A DNA stretch of 64,000 bases from Torpedo marmorata (Eukaryota): the NCBI GenBank assembly GCA_977017645.1, contig OZ360224.1, forward strand, positions 9,982,001-10,046,000, in the 5' to 3' direction. Shown here piece by piece: positions 1-10,901 of this stretch; position 1 is the stretch's first letter; each line of letters starts with the position of its first letter. The notes below the pieces were generated by a model. The model did not search any database. It was not told the origin of the DNA and saw nothing but the letters and a program-made list of their open reading frames with translations. The translations under genes were made by a program, and so were the position numbers.

Positions 1-416
1 ATTCTTACCGACAATCCGTTTTGCTTCATAAACTTTGATATTCAGGGGAAACCCACTTTGAAATCCAGGATGCCTCTTTCACGTGCCAATAGTCTCGCTT
101 TCATCTGAATGGCGACTGTAGATACAGCCTGATTTTGTTCTCTACGACTAAGAACCCACTCCTTCAAGTCAGACTCCAACTGGGGCCATTTGGCCATCAG
201 GCCACGACATGCGCGTTTTCGTGGATTCATCTTCTCAAACTCATCTTTCTCTTTCCTCCATTCGCGAATGGATGATTCACCAACCTCGAACTCTCTTGCT
301 GCCGCTCTGTTGCCAGTTTCTTCTGCTCTGGTAACTACTTTCAGTTTGAAGTTAGTGGTGTAAGATTTGCATTTGACTCCTCGCATTGTCAAAACTACCG
401 GTACTCTAGATCTCAA
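1..416 (-). pseudogene. pogo transposase N-terminus (Brinker-like DNA-binding domain plus CENP-B HTH) with premature stop
   Basis: SYTTNFKLKVV...GNRAAAREFEVGESSIREWRK and WPQLESDLKEWV...VSTVAIQMKA. The stop at 42-44 sits where Trp is expected, and the frame continues as ISKFMKQNGLSVR. Confidence 0.8.
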
Positions 417-634
417 AGGTAATATGTGCGGAGCACTAAATGCAAGGGCCTTTTATACTGATTATGAATATAGGTGATAGCTATACAGGCTGATAATGTT
501 AACTGCGCATGTATCGCGCTGTATATGCGTGTGTGCGTTATATGCGTGTGCGCGCTATACAAAAATATTTTTACATAGATTACGATTTTTCTGCGTGTTA
601 TATGCGTGTGCGCATTATATGCATGAAAATATGG
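1..634 (-). mobile_element. pogo/Tigger-family DNA transposon, 5' end (runs off the left edge of the window)
   Basis: Minus strand starts TA|CCATATTTTCATGC (pogo-type TIR, TA at 635-636). Subterminal repeats TATATGCGTGTGCGC occur three times at about 522-615. It interrupts a CR1 ORF2 that resumes at 637. Confidence 0.8.
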
Positions 635-873
635 TACTCTTCAAGTACCTTATTTGCTCCTTGTTGCCTATACCTGCTATACACCTCTCTCTTCTTCTTA
701 ACCAGATCGCCAATATCCCTTGAAAACCAAGGTTCCCCATGCCTGTTAACTTTGCCTTTAATCCTGACAGGAACATGCAAACTCTGCACTCTCAAAATTT
801 TGCTTTTGAAGGCCTTCCACTTACTGAACACATCCTTGCCAGAAAACAACTTATCCCAATCCACTCTTCCTAG

Positions 874-1484
874 CGGTGCTCCCTTTGTGGCTTTCTCTAC
901 ATTGGAGAGACCGTTCGTAGATTGGGAGATCGCTTTGCTGAGCACCTCCTCTCCGTCCACAACAACAGCGACCTCCCAGTAGCCAACCATTTCAATTCTG
1001 GGTCACACTCCCACACTCACATGTCTGTCCATGGCCTTATGTACTATCCCACCCAGACTACCCACAAATTGGAGGAACAAACATCTCATTTTCCGTCTGA
1101 GCACTTTCCAGCCAGATGGCATTAACATTGACTTTTCTGCTTTCCACTAAACCTGCTTGTCATTTCCTTCCCCTCCCCCCTCACCTGTCCTTCCTGGTTT
1201 TTTTCCACCCACCCAGCCATCCCTCCTCCCCCTCTTTGCTGCTGTCACCTCCCTCCTTTCTCCACCTATCATCTCCTGCCTTTGCCACCCCCCTCACTTC
1301 CCCCCTCACTCTTTTGTTCAGACGCCTGCCAGCATTTTCTCATACTTTGATGAAGGGCTCAAGCCTGAAACGTCGGTTATGTATTTCTACCTTTGCTACA
1401 TAAAAGACACTGTTTGACCTGCTGAGTTTCTCCAGCATTTGTGTTTTTTATTCAACCAAGGTATCTACAGATTTTCGTGTTTTA
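874..1484 (+). mobile_element. 5'-truncated Penelope-like element (GIY-YIG end, 3' UTR and pLTR)
   Basis: Near-identical to the reverse complement of 2357-2960. Encodes GDRFAEHL...PVANHFN. Flanked by a 13-bp TSD. Confidence 0.9.
1341..1381 (+). ncRNA. minimal type I hammerhead ribozyme-like motif (C3U core variant) in Penelope pLTR
   Basis: CATACT-TTGATGA-AGGGCTCAAGCCT-GAAAC-GTC-GGTTATG: core, stem II, palindromic ACGT stem III and GUC cleavage triplet. Confidence 0.6.
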
Positions 1485-2460
1485 CCACTCTTCCTAGATC
1501 CTTTCTCATTTCCACAAAATTGGCCTTTCTCCAATTTAGAATCTCAACTCAAGGACCAGACCTTATCCTTATCTATAATTAACTTGAAACTAATGACATT
1601 ATGGTCACTGGACCCAAAATGTTCGCCTACACATACTTCTGTCACCTGACCTGTCTGGCTCCCTAATAGGAGATCAAGTATTGCATCTTCTCTAGTTGGT
1701 ACCTCTGTATATTGATTTAGAAAACTTTCCTGAACACATTTGACAAACTCCAAGCCTTCCAGCCCTTTTACAGTATGGGAGTCCCAGTCAATGTGGAAAG
1801 TTAAAATCTCCTACTATCACAACTTTCTGTTTCTTACATCGGTCTGCTATCTCTCTACAGATTTGCTCCTCCAATTCTCTCTGACTATTGGGTGGTCTAT
1901 AATACAACCCTATCAGTGTGGTCACACCTTTCCCGTTCCACAGCTCCACTTTCCTGTACTGAACCCTGTCCCTCAATCTCCCAGCTGGGTCACAGATTAA
2001 AACAAATGGGTGTTAGCAAGGTTAGGGTAACCTCAAGTTTGTATGCCATTCCTGCTAGGTAATCCATTCCTTCCTCTTCATAGGCAATTCAATACTTCTG
2101 AAAAATAGGCACAGCAAAGTCTGACAAATAATATTATAACAATGTATGATAATCTGTTTTAAGTGCTCTGTGTTGAGGAATAAATATTGCTTAGGGCACC
2201 AAAGTGGGTCCCCAGTTCACTTTTGAATTTTTCCAATGATTTATTCATTAAATTTTGGGATTATTCACATGGCCAGTAGTTATTGGCCATCTCGAGTTGC
2301 TTTGACAAGGTTCTGCTGTTCAAGGTTCCTTTATTGCCTTGTATATATTACACAAGTAAAACACGAAAATCTGTAGACACCGTGATTGAAGTAAAAAACA
2401 CAAATGCTGGAGAAACTCAGCAGGTCAAACAGTGTCTTTTATGTAGCAAAGGTAGAAATA

Positions 2461-2501
2461 CATAACCGACGTTTCGGGCTTGAGCCCTTCATCAAAGTAT
2501 G
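2461..2501 (-). ncRNA. hammerhead-like motif, 3' pLTR copy
   Basis: Reverse complement reads CATACTTTGATGAAGGGCTCAAGCCCGAAACGTCGGTTATG. Confidence 0.6.
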
Positions 2502-2686
2502 AGAAAATGCCGGCAGGCGACCGAACAAAGGAGTGAGGGGGGAAGGGGGATGGCAAAGGCAGGAGATGATAGGTGGAGAAAGGAGGGAGGGGACAGCAGC
2601 AAAGAGGGGGAGGAGGGATGGCTGGGTGGGTGGAAAAAAACAGGAAGGACAGGTGAGGGGGGAGGGGAAGGGAACGACAAGCAGGT

Positions 2687-5600
2687 TTAGTGGAAAGCAG
2701 AAAAGTCAATGTTAATGCCATCTGGCTGGAGAGTGCCGAGGCGGAAAATGAGATGTTGTTCCTCCAATTTGCGGGTAGTCTGGGTGGGATAGTACATAAG
2801 GCCATGGACAGACATGTGAGTGTGGGAGTGTGACCCGGAATTGAAATGGTTGGCTACTGGGAGGTCGCTGTTGTTGAGGACGGAGAGGAGGTGCTCAGCA
2901 AAGCGGTCTCCCAATCTATGACCGGTCTCTCCGATGTAGAAAAGCCACAAAGGGAGCACTGGATGCAGTAAATTAGTTCTCTGGATGTACAAGTGAAGTG
3001 TAGTTTCACTTGGAAAGCCTGTTTGGGGCCCTGGACCGTGGTGAGGGGGGAGGTGTGGGCGCAGGTGTTGCACCTCCTGCGGGCACAGGGGAAGGTGCCG
3101 AGGGTGCGATGGGTGGGGAGGGATGAGTGCACGAGTGAATCGCGGAGGGAGCGGTCCCTACGGAAGGCTGAGAGGGGAGGATAAGGAAAAATGTGTCTGG
3201 TGGTGGGATCCTGTAGTAAGTGCCGGAAATTCCGGCTGATAATGTGTTGGATGCGGAGGCTGGTGGGGTGGTAGGTGAGGATGAGGGGGATTCTATGTTT
3301 GTTGTGTCTGGGGGCAGAGGGGGCCAGGGCAGATGAGCGGAAAATGGAGGAGATGCGGGTGAGGGCTGAGTTGATGGTGGTGGAGGGGAAGCCACGTTTG
3401 TGGAAAAAGGCAGACATTTCAGAAGATCTGGAGTGGAACACCTCATCTTGGGAACAGATGCGGCGGAGGCGGAGAAATTGAGAGAAGGGTATGGAATCCT
3501 TGCAGGGGACAGGGTGTGAGGAAGTGTAGTCCAGATAGTTGTGGGAGTTGGAGGGTTTGTAGTAAATGTCGGTGGAAAGCTTGTCTCCTGAGATGGAGAC
3601 AGAGAGATCCAGGAAGGGGAGAATGTTATCGGAGATGGACCAGGTGAGTTTGAGATCGTGGTGGAAGTTGGATGCGAAGTGGATGAAGTTGACAAGCTCA
3701 TCGTGGGTGCATGAGGCAGCCCCGATGTAGTCGTCGATATAACGGAGGAAGAGATGAGGGGTCTTGCCTGTGTAGGCTTGCAGCATGGATTGCTCCACAA
3801 AGCCCACAAACAGGCAGGCGTAGCTGGGACCCATGCGGGTACCCATGGCTACTCCTTTGATTTGGAGGAAGTGGGATGAGTTGAAGGAGAAGTTATTGAG
3901 AGTGAGGACAAGTTCTGCCAGGCGGAGGAGGGTGGTGGTAGAGCGTGACTGGTCAGGTCTTTGGTCCAGGAAGAAGCGAAGTGCTTTCAGACCTTCTGTG
4001 TGGGGGATAGAGGTATAAAGGGATTGGACATCCATGGTGAAGATGATGCGGTCCGGTTCAGGGAATCTGAAGTCATTGAGGAGATGGAGGGCATGTGAGG
4101 TGTCGCAGATGTAGGTGGGGAGGGATTGGACCAGGGGAGAAAAGATGGAGTCAAGGTAAGATGAAACTAGTTTGGTGGGGCAGGAGCAGGCAGAAACAAT
4201 GGGTCTGCCCGGATGGTTGGGTTTGTGTATCTTGGGTAGAAGATAGAAACGGGCAGTGCGGGGGTGGGGGAGAATGAGATTGGTGGCCGTGGAGGGGAGG
4301 TGACCGCAGGTGATGAGGTCGGAGATGGTGTTGGAGACTGTGGCTTGATGTGCAGTGGTGGGGTCCTGTGGGAGGGGTCGGTAGGAGGAGGTGTGTGAGA
4401 GCTGTCGACTGGCCTCGGCAAGGTAGAGGTCAGTGCGCCAGACCAGAACCGCACCGCCCTTGTCTGCGGGTTTGATGGTGAGGTTGGGATTGTTGCGGAG
4501 AGAGTGGAGGGCAGAGCGTTCTGAGGAGGTGAGGTTGGAATACGAGAGGGGGGTGATGAAGTTGAGACGGTTGATGTCTCGGCGGCAGTTGGAAATAAAA
4601 AGGTCCAGAGCGGGCAGCTGGCCAGGGCGAGGTGTCCAGGAAGAGGAAGAAGGCTTGAAGTGGGAGAAAGGGTCTTGGGTGGGGGTGGAGAGTCACGGTC
4701 ATGGAAGTGAGCACGGAGGCGGAGGCGACGGAAGAAGAGTTCGGCATCACGGCGTGCATGGAACACGTTGAGGTGTTGGCGGAGGGGGACGAAGGTGAGG
4801 CCTCTACTGAGGACCGAGCGCTCCGTCTCAGAGAGGGTAAGGTCGGAGGGGATAGTAAAAACCAAGCAGGGATTAGAGTGGGGATCGGTGTTGTGGAGGG
4901 TGTTGGGTGGAGGGGGTGGGGGGTTGGGGAGGTCAGAGGGGAGAGGTGGGGGGTGGGGGAGGTAGGAGGGTGGGAGAGGGGGGTAGGGAGGGTAGCCAGA
5001 GAGAGGGGGGAGGTGGGGGTTGGGGGAGGTAGGAGGGTGGGAGAGGGGGGTAGGGAGGGTAGCCAGAGAGAGGGGGGGATGGAGGGAAGAGAAGGGATGA
5101 GGTCTGAGGGTTGGGGCGGAGAGTGGGGCAGAGAGAGGGAGATGGGGGTGAAGTAGAGAGAGGTGTAGGACGATAGGGAAGGAGTAGTGAGGGGGATAGG
5201 TAAGTGGGATCTTGTTGCGAGATGAGGACTCCAGTGGCAGTCAGCGTGGGAGGCTCTAGCAGGTAACAGTCTGTGTCGGGAGTCGGCAGTGGAGGCATCG
5301 GGAACTCTGGTGAGTGGAGGCTCGGGGTCCGGGCTGGGGTGGGCGGCCGTAGCGTCGGGAGTACCGTCGTGTCGGCGCCCGGGGCGCGGGTAGGAGTGGG
5401 CGGCTGTGATGTTAGGAGTTCCGGTGAGACGGCGGCCGGGGTCCAGGTTCGGGTCGGCGGCCGTAGCGTTGGGAGCTCCGGTGAGTCGGTGGCCGGGGTC
5501 CAGGGTCGAGTTGGCGGCCGTCGCGTTGGGAGCTCCGGTGAGTCGGCGGCTGGGACCAGGGATTAAGTCGGGATCTGCGGCGTTGGGAGCTCCGGTAAGT

Positions 5601-6193
5601 CGGCGGCCGGGGTCCAGGGATCGGGTCGGCAGACGCGGCGTTGGGAGCTCTGGAGAGCAGGCGGCCAGGGCCGAGATGGGGATCCACGTACAGGGTCGCA
5701 GAGGCTGCAGTTTCAAGGGAGGCAAGCTTACGGTTCTTGAGGGATGCCAGGTAGGTGTAGAGCCAGTGGTTGAACGCGTGGATCCGGCGGCGGATGTAGT
5801 ATAGGAGGGGTCCGCTGCAGGCCATGGCCAGTGAGGTCCGGAGCTGTGGCAGGGAGAGGGCGAGTTGCCGCTGGTATCTCCGCATCGAGGTGAGGGTGGT
5901 GCGGAGGAGTCGTTGGGAGAAGCGGAGAGAGCAGCAGTTGATGTTGTGGAGGTACCTGAGATATTTGCGGGGGCCAAACTGCGAGGCCTGGAATCGAAGC
6001 TGGAAACCACGAGGCACAAGATGGCGACGGAGGCAAGTAGCAAGGAAGGCAACGTGGCTGTGGAATCGAGTCTGGGTGAGTACATGGTCGTAGAGCTTGA
6101 GAGCAGCAGGGGTTGCAGATGGGGAGCAGTGAGAGAGAGGATCTCACAGAACTCCCTTCGGAGAGCAAAGGCGAACTTCTTCAGGGTAGGCAT
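2687..6193 (-). pseudogene. Penelope RT/GIY-YIG polyprotein, frameshifted
   Basis: Pieces lie in several frames: N-terminal 5412-6193, 4167-4865 (SETERSVLSRGLTFVP), RT 2854-4035 and endonuclease 2687-2945. Confidence 0.85.
5330..5660 (-). repeat. about 60-bp coding tandem repeat (DPGRRLTGAPNATAA-like units) in the Penelope N-terminal region
   Basis: Recurrent GGGAGCTCCGGTGAGTCGGCGGCCGGGGTCC at roughly 60-bp spacing. Confidence 0.8.
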
Positions 6194-6338
6194 CCCTCAA
6201 AGAGTTTTCACAGAGTTGTTGTAGTATTCAGAACTAAAACACAAAAATCTGTAGACACCGTGGTTGACGTAAAAAACACAAATGCTGGAGAAACTCAGCA
6301 GGTCAAACAGTGTCTTTTATGTAGCAAAGGTAGAAATA

Positions 6339-6379
6339 CAGAACCGACGTTTCGGGCTTGAGCCCTTCATCAAAGTATG
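6339..6379 (-). ncRNA. hammerhead-like motif, 5' pLTR copy
   Basis: Same motif as 2461-2501 with one substitution in stem I. Confidence 0.55.
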
Positions 6380-6929
6380 AGAAAATACCGGCAGGCGTCC
6401 GAACAAAAGAGTGAGGGGGGAAGGGGGGTGGCAAAGGCAGGAGATGATAGGTGGAGAACACAAAATGTGTTTACCTTTGCTTGCCCATAAAGGCATACAA
6501 AGAAGCGTCCAATGCCCCTACCAAGAAGAGAAAGAAAAGCAAAAGAGATCCCTTCAGAGGTATGCACCTCCTATCCCACTGCCTCCTGCGTTCCCATAAC
6601 CTCCATAGCTGCACGGCCTCCTGTCTCTTCCAGTGGTGAACCTGAGCTCCAGGCATCCAAGTTACCTTCCTCAGTCCCTTGTTCTGAACCCCCGATATGG
6701 TCAGGAAGCTGTCAGAGTCAGAGGCCCTTCGGGAGCCCTGTTTGCCATCGACACTCTCACGAATCCCGGTCTGTTCAGAGGGAGTTCCAGGATTTAGACT
6801 TAATATTGATATATTTCCAGATCCTGATGTTATGCAGTTTGGAGGGGATCCTGAAGGTGGGAGTGTTCCATGTGTCAGCTGACCTTGTCCTTCCTGTGGG
6901 TGGAAGTCATGGGCTTTGGAGGTCCTGTT

Positions 6930-7100
6930 GGATCGTGCTATGAGATCTTTTACATCTAGCTGGGCATAACATCGCTTCAAAAAAGGAGCAGCTGCAATGG
7001 TTTAGATCTGTGCTTACATCGTCAGTCTGGGTTATGTGTTCAAATCTCTGGAGGGAATTTAAAATCACACCCTTCCGACTCAGAGGCATGAGTGCAAGCA
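6930..7100 (-). mobile_element. degenerate Deu-domain (SacSINE1/AmnSINE-like) SINE; a second copy lies at about 7945-8112
   Basis: Motifs (G)GATCTTTTA...GACTCAGAGGC, as in the reverse strand of elasmobranch DeuSINEs (from recall). Confidence 0.45.
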
Positions 7101-7427
7101 CAGAGCCACAGCCAACAGCTGTTCCCCAGCATTCTGCGGCTTTTACCAGACCCCTCCACTCTAAACCCAGCGATGCTCAAGAATTTTTAATCTGAGGGAC
7201 TAAAATCTGAGGAAGTATTACATTTTCCAATCTTTGCATTCTTTGTTTCTATGAGCAAAATTTTGTCAAATATAAAAGGAAATACTTTGATAGATAAGTA
7301 GAGCAATCGACTTGTGCTGAGAAATGTCGGATAAATAGTATGAAATAAATGATCAGATAACAAGCAATAATATGAAATAAATAACTAAATAACATACAAT
7401 TATGAAGCACGACAATGTGGGCTGGAT

Positions 7428-7653
7428 CAGCCATTCTCAACCTTTTTTTTCAGCTGTGGCCCCCCTAGGACTCTACTCAAAGTTTATGGGCTCCCTTCCC
7501 TGTGAAACAGTCAAGTTTTGGTTTTTTTCCGTACTTCTCTCCTACTGACTACATAAATTATTTATGTTACGTGAGGTGAAAAGAAAACAAGGCTTTTACT
7601 TAAATATGCTGTGGCCCAAGGGCAGGCCGTAGGGTCCCCATTGAGAATGGCTG
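7428..7653. mobile_element. hAT-Charlie MITE
   Basis: TIR CAGCCATTCTCAA / TTGAGAATGGCTG. 8-bp TSD GGCTGGAT (7420-7427) / GGCTAGAT (7654-7661), close to the Charlie CTAG-centred target. Confidence 0.85.
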
Positions 7654-8627
7654 GGCTAGATGACGGGTGTTATGCATTTTCAGTATTTGCTCAATCATCT
7701 GGTCTGAGGACAGATTGGGAGAAGGGGGAGACGGGAAGAGATCAGAATGGGAAACTCATGTGGCTGGGCATCGGGGATGGAGAAGGATCTGGGTGGAGTG
7801 GGTGTGGGAAACTTGGTGCTGGGGTGTTGATGGGGAAATAAAAGCGCTAACTCTGGAATTAAATTTCTAGGCAAAGCTGTTTTGGTGGTTTTATTTGATG
7901 GGAAGCATCAAGCAAGGTCTAGGAGAACTATTCAGCTTATCTCGAAAATGGCCCTGGGATCTTTTATTTTCTACGGAGTGGACAGACAGCATCATTGTTT
8001 AGCACCTTATTGAAAAGGTGAAACCTCTGACAGTGTAACTTTCCCTGCTGCTGTTGGCTGGGATTATATGTTGGGGTCCATGAGACTAAAACCCACGATT
8101 GTGACTCAGAGGCACTCTGCTCATCTGGTACCTGCACCAATTAAAAAGGCATTTCTCTGGGTGTTCATTTTCACCATGATCAGGCAGCAATGTTATGCCC
8201 AGCTAGATGTAAGGCAATCAAATTTAAGAGCAAAAACCAGAGTACTGTATGTCTTACACATTTTTTTTTAATCCAGTGGCCCCTCGGGGAATTTTAGTGG
8301 CCAGGAGTGTGCAAATCAGGAGGAGGTTGTGAAGAGTGTAAATTTGAAGGTAATTTACGCTGGCTACAACTTGTTGGTTTCTCATTTAACTTTGTATGTA
8401 AGGTTGAAGCCAATGTTACTGAGAGTCCATGGGTTTTCCAAGTTTCTCTCCAATAAATTCAAAACATGAACAAAGCAGCAATTGAGGGCTGAAGACTGAA
8501 CAGGAAAACGTGCCGGTGACTAAGGAAGCCTCAGGACTGCTTACTTGACTGCTTGTTTGAGAGGCTTTGTTGACAGTAGTTATGCTGAGAAGTTTTTAAT
8601 TTTAATTTTGTTTCAATGACGCAAAAT

Positions 8628-8852
8628 AGCAGAAGGCCCTTCTAGCCCATGAAACCTGTGTTGCCTAATTACACCAATTAACCTACCAACCCCGTATGTT
8701 TTGGAGGGTGGGAAGCAACTGGAGAACCCGGGGAAAACCCATGCAGGTCACGGGGAGAACGTACAAACTTCTTACAGACAGCGCCAGATTTGAACCCTTT
8801 TCCCTGGTGCTGTAATAGCGTTCTGCGAAGCGCTACGCTAATCATGCCGCCC
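8628..8852 (-). mobile_element. HE1-like V-SINE (elasmobranch tRNA-derived SINE)
   Basis: V-domain-like GGAGAACCCGGGGAAAACCCATGCAGGTCACGGGGAGAACGTACAAACT. tRNA-like head on the minus strand and CR1-like tail. Confidence 0.75.
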
Positions 8853-9346
8853 TATTTTGACAATATTGGAGGGTGAAAATATGATCTTCACTTGATCTAA
8901 TGTATCAAATTAGTATTCCTACTGCTGTAGCTTTCACACAGGGTGCATAGACAGAGATTGAGTCTCCTCAAGATGTCAGAAGGCGGTGTCAGCTGACATT
9001 CAGAATATCTGGTCAAATGCTTCCCAGCTTACTGGAACAAGACCCGCTGACTAAGTGGATTTGATGGCCATGTTTTAGCACTACTTTGCCTTGGGATTGT
9101 TCCAGGGTCAGTATCCTTGCAGTAAACCACTCATATTTCATGTGGCAAGTGATAGCTGGCTTTTCTTTCAACAAGGACAGTGAAATTAAATGGGTGCGTG
9201 GGTTTGCAGCTCACACTGGCTTCCCTCAGGAATAAGGGTCATTGCCCAGATTAGAACCACGAGGGCTTTCCTCGTGGGTAACAATAATAAGATGTTTGTG
9301 CAGGTTTTTACAATATTCTTGTGGACTCTCCGGAATAATGAATGTG

Positions 9347-10042
9347 GACTTCAGGAGGAAGTCAGGGGAACACGACCCACTCCTCATCGAGGGCTCAGTA
9401 GTGGAGAGGGTCAAGAACTTCAAATTCCTGGGTGTCAACATCTCTGAGGATCTGTCCTGGAGCCTCCACGTTGATGTAATCACAAAGAAGGCTCGCCAGC
9501 GGCGATACTTTGTGAGGTGTCTGAGGAGATTCGGTATGTTACCGAAGACTCTCGTAAACTTCTACAGGTGTACCGTGGAGAGCATTCTGGCTGGTTGCAT
9601 CACTGCCTGGTATGGAGGCGCCAACTCTCAGGACAAGAGTAAACTCCAGAGGGTTGTTAACTCGGCCTGTGACATCACAGGCACCAAACTTCACTCCATC
9701 GAGGACATCTACATGAGGTGGTGTCTTAAAAAAGCAGCCTCTGTCCTCAAAGACCCCCACCACCCAGGCCATGCCCTCTTCACTCTGCTACCATCGGGAA
9801 AAAGGTACAGGAGCCTAAGGACGAGCGCTCAACGGCACAAGGACAGCTTCTTCCCCGCTGCCATCAGATTCCTGAATGAACAATGAACCAAAGACACTGC
9901 CTTACTTTTCATGCACTATTATTTATATTTTTTATAGTAATGTCGTAAGATGGTTATAATATGAATGTTTGCACTGTGATGCTGCTGCAATACACCAAAT
10001 TTCATGGCTTGTTCATGACAATAAATTCTGATTCTGATTCTG
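9347..10042 (+). mobile_element. Rex1/Babar LINE, 5'-truncated
   Basis: VDFRRK...FKFLGVNISEDLSW...KARQR...TVESIL...LLPSGKRYRS. Ends TGACAATAA followed by an (ATTCTG)n tail. Confidence 0.9.
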
Positions 10043-10699
10043 CTGTCACAAAGCTTTCTTCCTGTGGCAATTCACTCTTCCTGCTGTCTTCACAAATTAA
10101 AGTAGAAATACCTGCTAGCTGCATGGAGGCAGGGTTTATCTCCTTGCCTGGAGAAAATGTTACCCCCATGGTAAGTAGCTGATGACACCACTGAGAAACA
10201 GTATAATAGAAGCCATATGGCAACCAGATGTGTGAATGATCAAGCCATCTGAACAAGGAACTGCAGGTGGCTGGGCAGATCTGAAGGTTCCCTTTAGTAT
10301 GCAACAGCCAGAATCTCCGGAATAATGAATGTGTGTTGTTCTCCGCACTATACTGCAGTCCAGTGAGACTTGGACCTGCAGCAGAGTGCAGTCTCTTCCA
10401 AGGATTCCAAGAAAGAGGGAGTGGCAGCATATACATTGCTGGCCTGAATGTGTGAAATGCCACTATTGTGAGGATGATTTAGTGTCCATCATTCCACTCA
10501 TTGGGACATGTTCGCAGGTGGTCTGCAAACCAGTTTTACAATGCTGATAACCTCTAACAATAATAATCTTCATTAGACACGGGGAGCTGCAAAACAATGG
10601 AGTCCAAATTATTGCAGACTAACATGTGTGCTCATTATTATATGATGATATTGTTACAGTGCATATTTATATAACACATTTACATACAAGTATACCATA

Positions 10700-10901
10700 C
10701 CCTCAGCTCAGTGGTTAGAGCACTGGTCTTGTAAACCAGGGGTCGCGAGTTCGTTCCTCGCTGGGGCCACATTTCTGTGAGGGGCGCTGGACAAAGTGGC
10801 GACTCTCTGTCTTCCTTACGGTAGACAAAGTTAAAGAATTTCATGTATGTTACATTCCAAATGTAGTATTACGTGACAATAATGGAACCTTTACCTTTAC
10901 C
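10700..10901 (+). mobile_element. tRNA-Thr(TGT)-derived SINE with Rex1-like 3' end
   Basis: AGCTCAGTGGTTAGAGCACTGGTCTTGTAAACCAGGGGTCGCGAGTTCGTTCCTCGCTGGGGCC matches vertebrate tRNA-Thr-TGT, but the 5' acceptor strand is broken. It is followed by a body ending TGACAATAA and (TTTACC)n. Confidence 0.8.

Larger units (their letters stand above)
637..1950 (-). mobile_element. CR1 LINE ORF2 fragment (endonuclease to linker), interrupted by a Penelope fragment
   Basis: Motifs IGLYYRPP, VIVGDFNFP, PTREDAILDLLL, SDHNVISF, EPWFSRDI. The 13-bp TSD CCACTCTTCCTAG at 861-873 and 1485-1497 brackets the insert. Confidence 0.85.
2357..6458 (-). mobile_element. Full-length Penelope-like element (Neptune-type) with direct partial-tandem pLTR
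   Basis: About 2357-2580 is repeated at about 6235-6458. Contains RT (MDVQSLYTSIPH, GVAMGTRMGPSYA, LRYIDD), a Cys linker (PCARRRCNTC) and a GIY-YIG endonuclease (IYCIQC...YIGETG). Possible ACACAA TSD at 2350-2355 and 6458-6463. Confidence 0.92.

Noticed and set aside
4430-6193. 587-aa Pro/Ser-rich ORF as a separate gene
   Set aside because: A mixture of true and shifted frames of the frameshifted GC-rich Penelope ORF.
10697-10769. Functional tRNA-Thr(TGT) gene
   Set aside because: The 5' acceptor strand (ATACCCT) cannot pair with TGGGGCC, there is no T4 terminator directly downstream, and a SINE body and tail follow.
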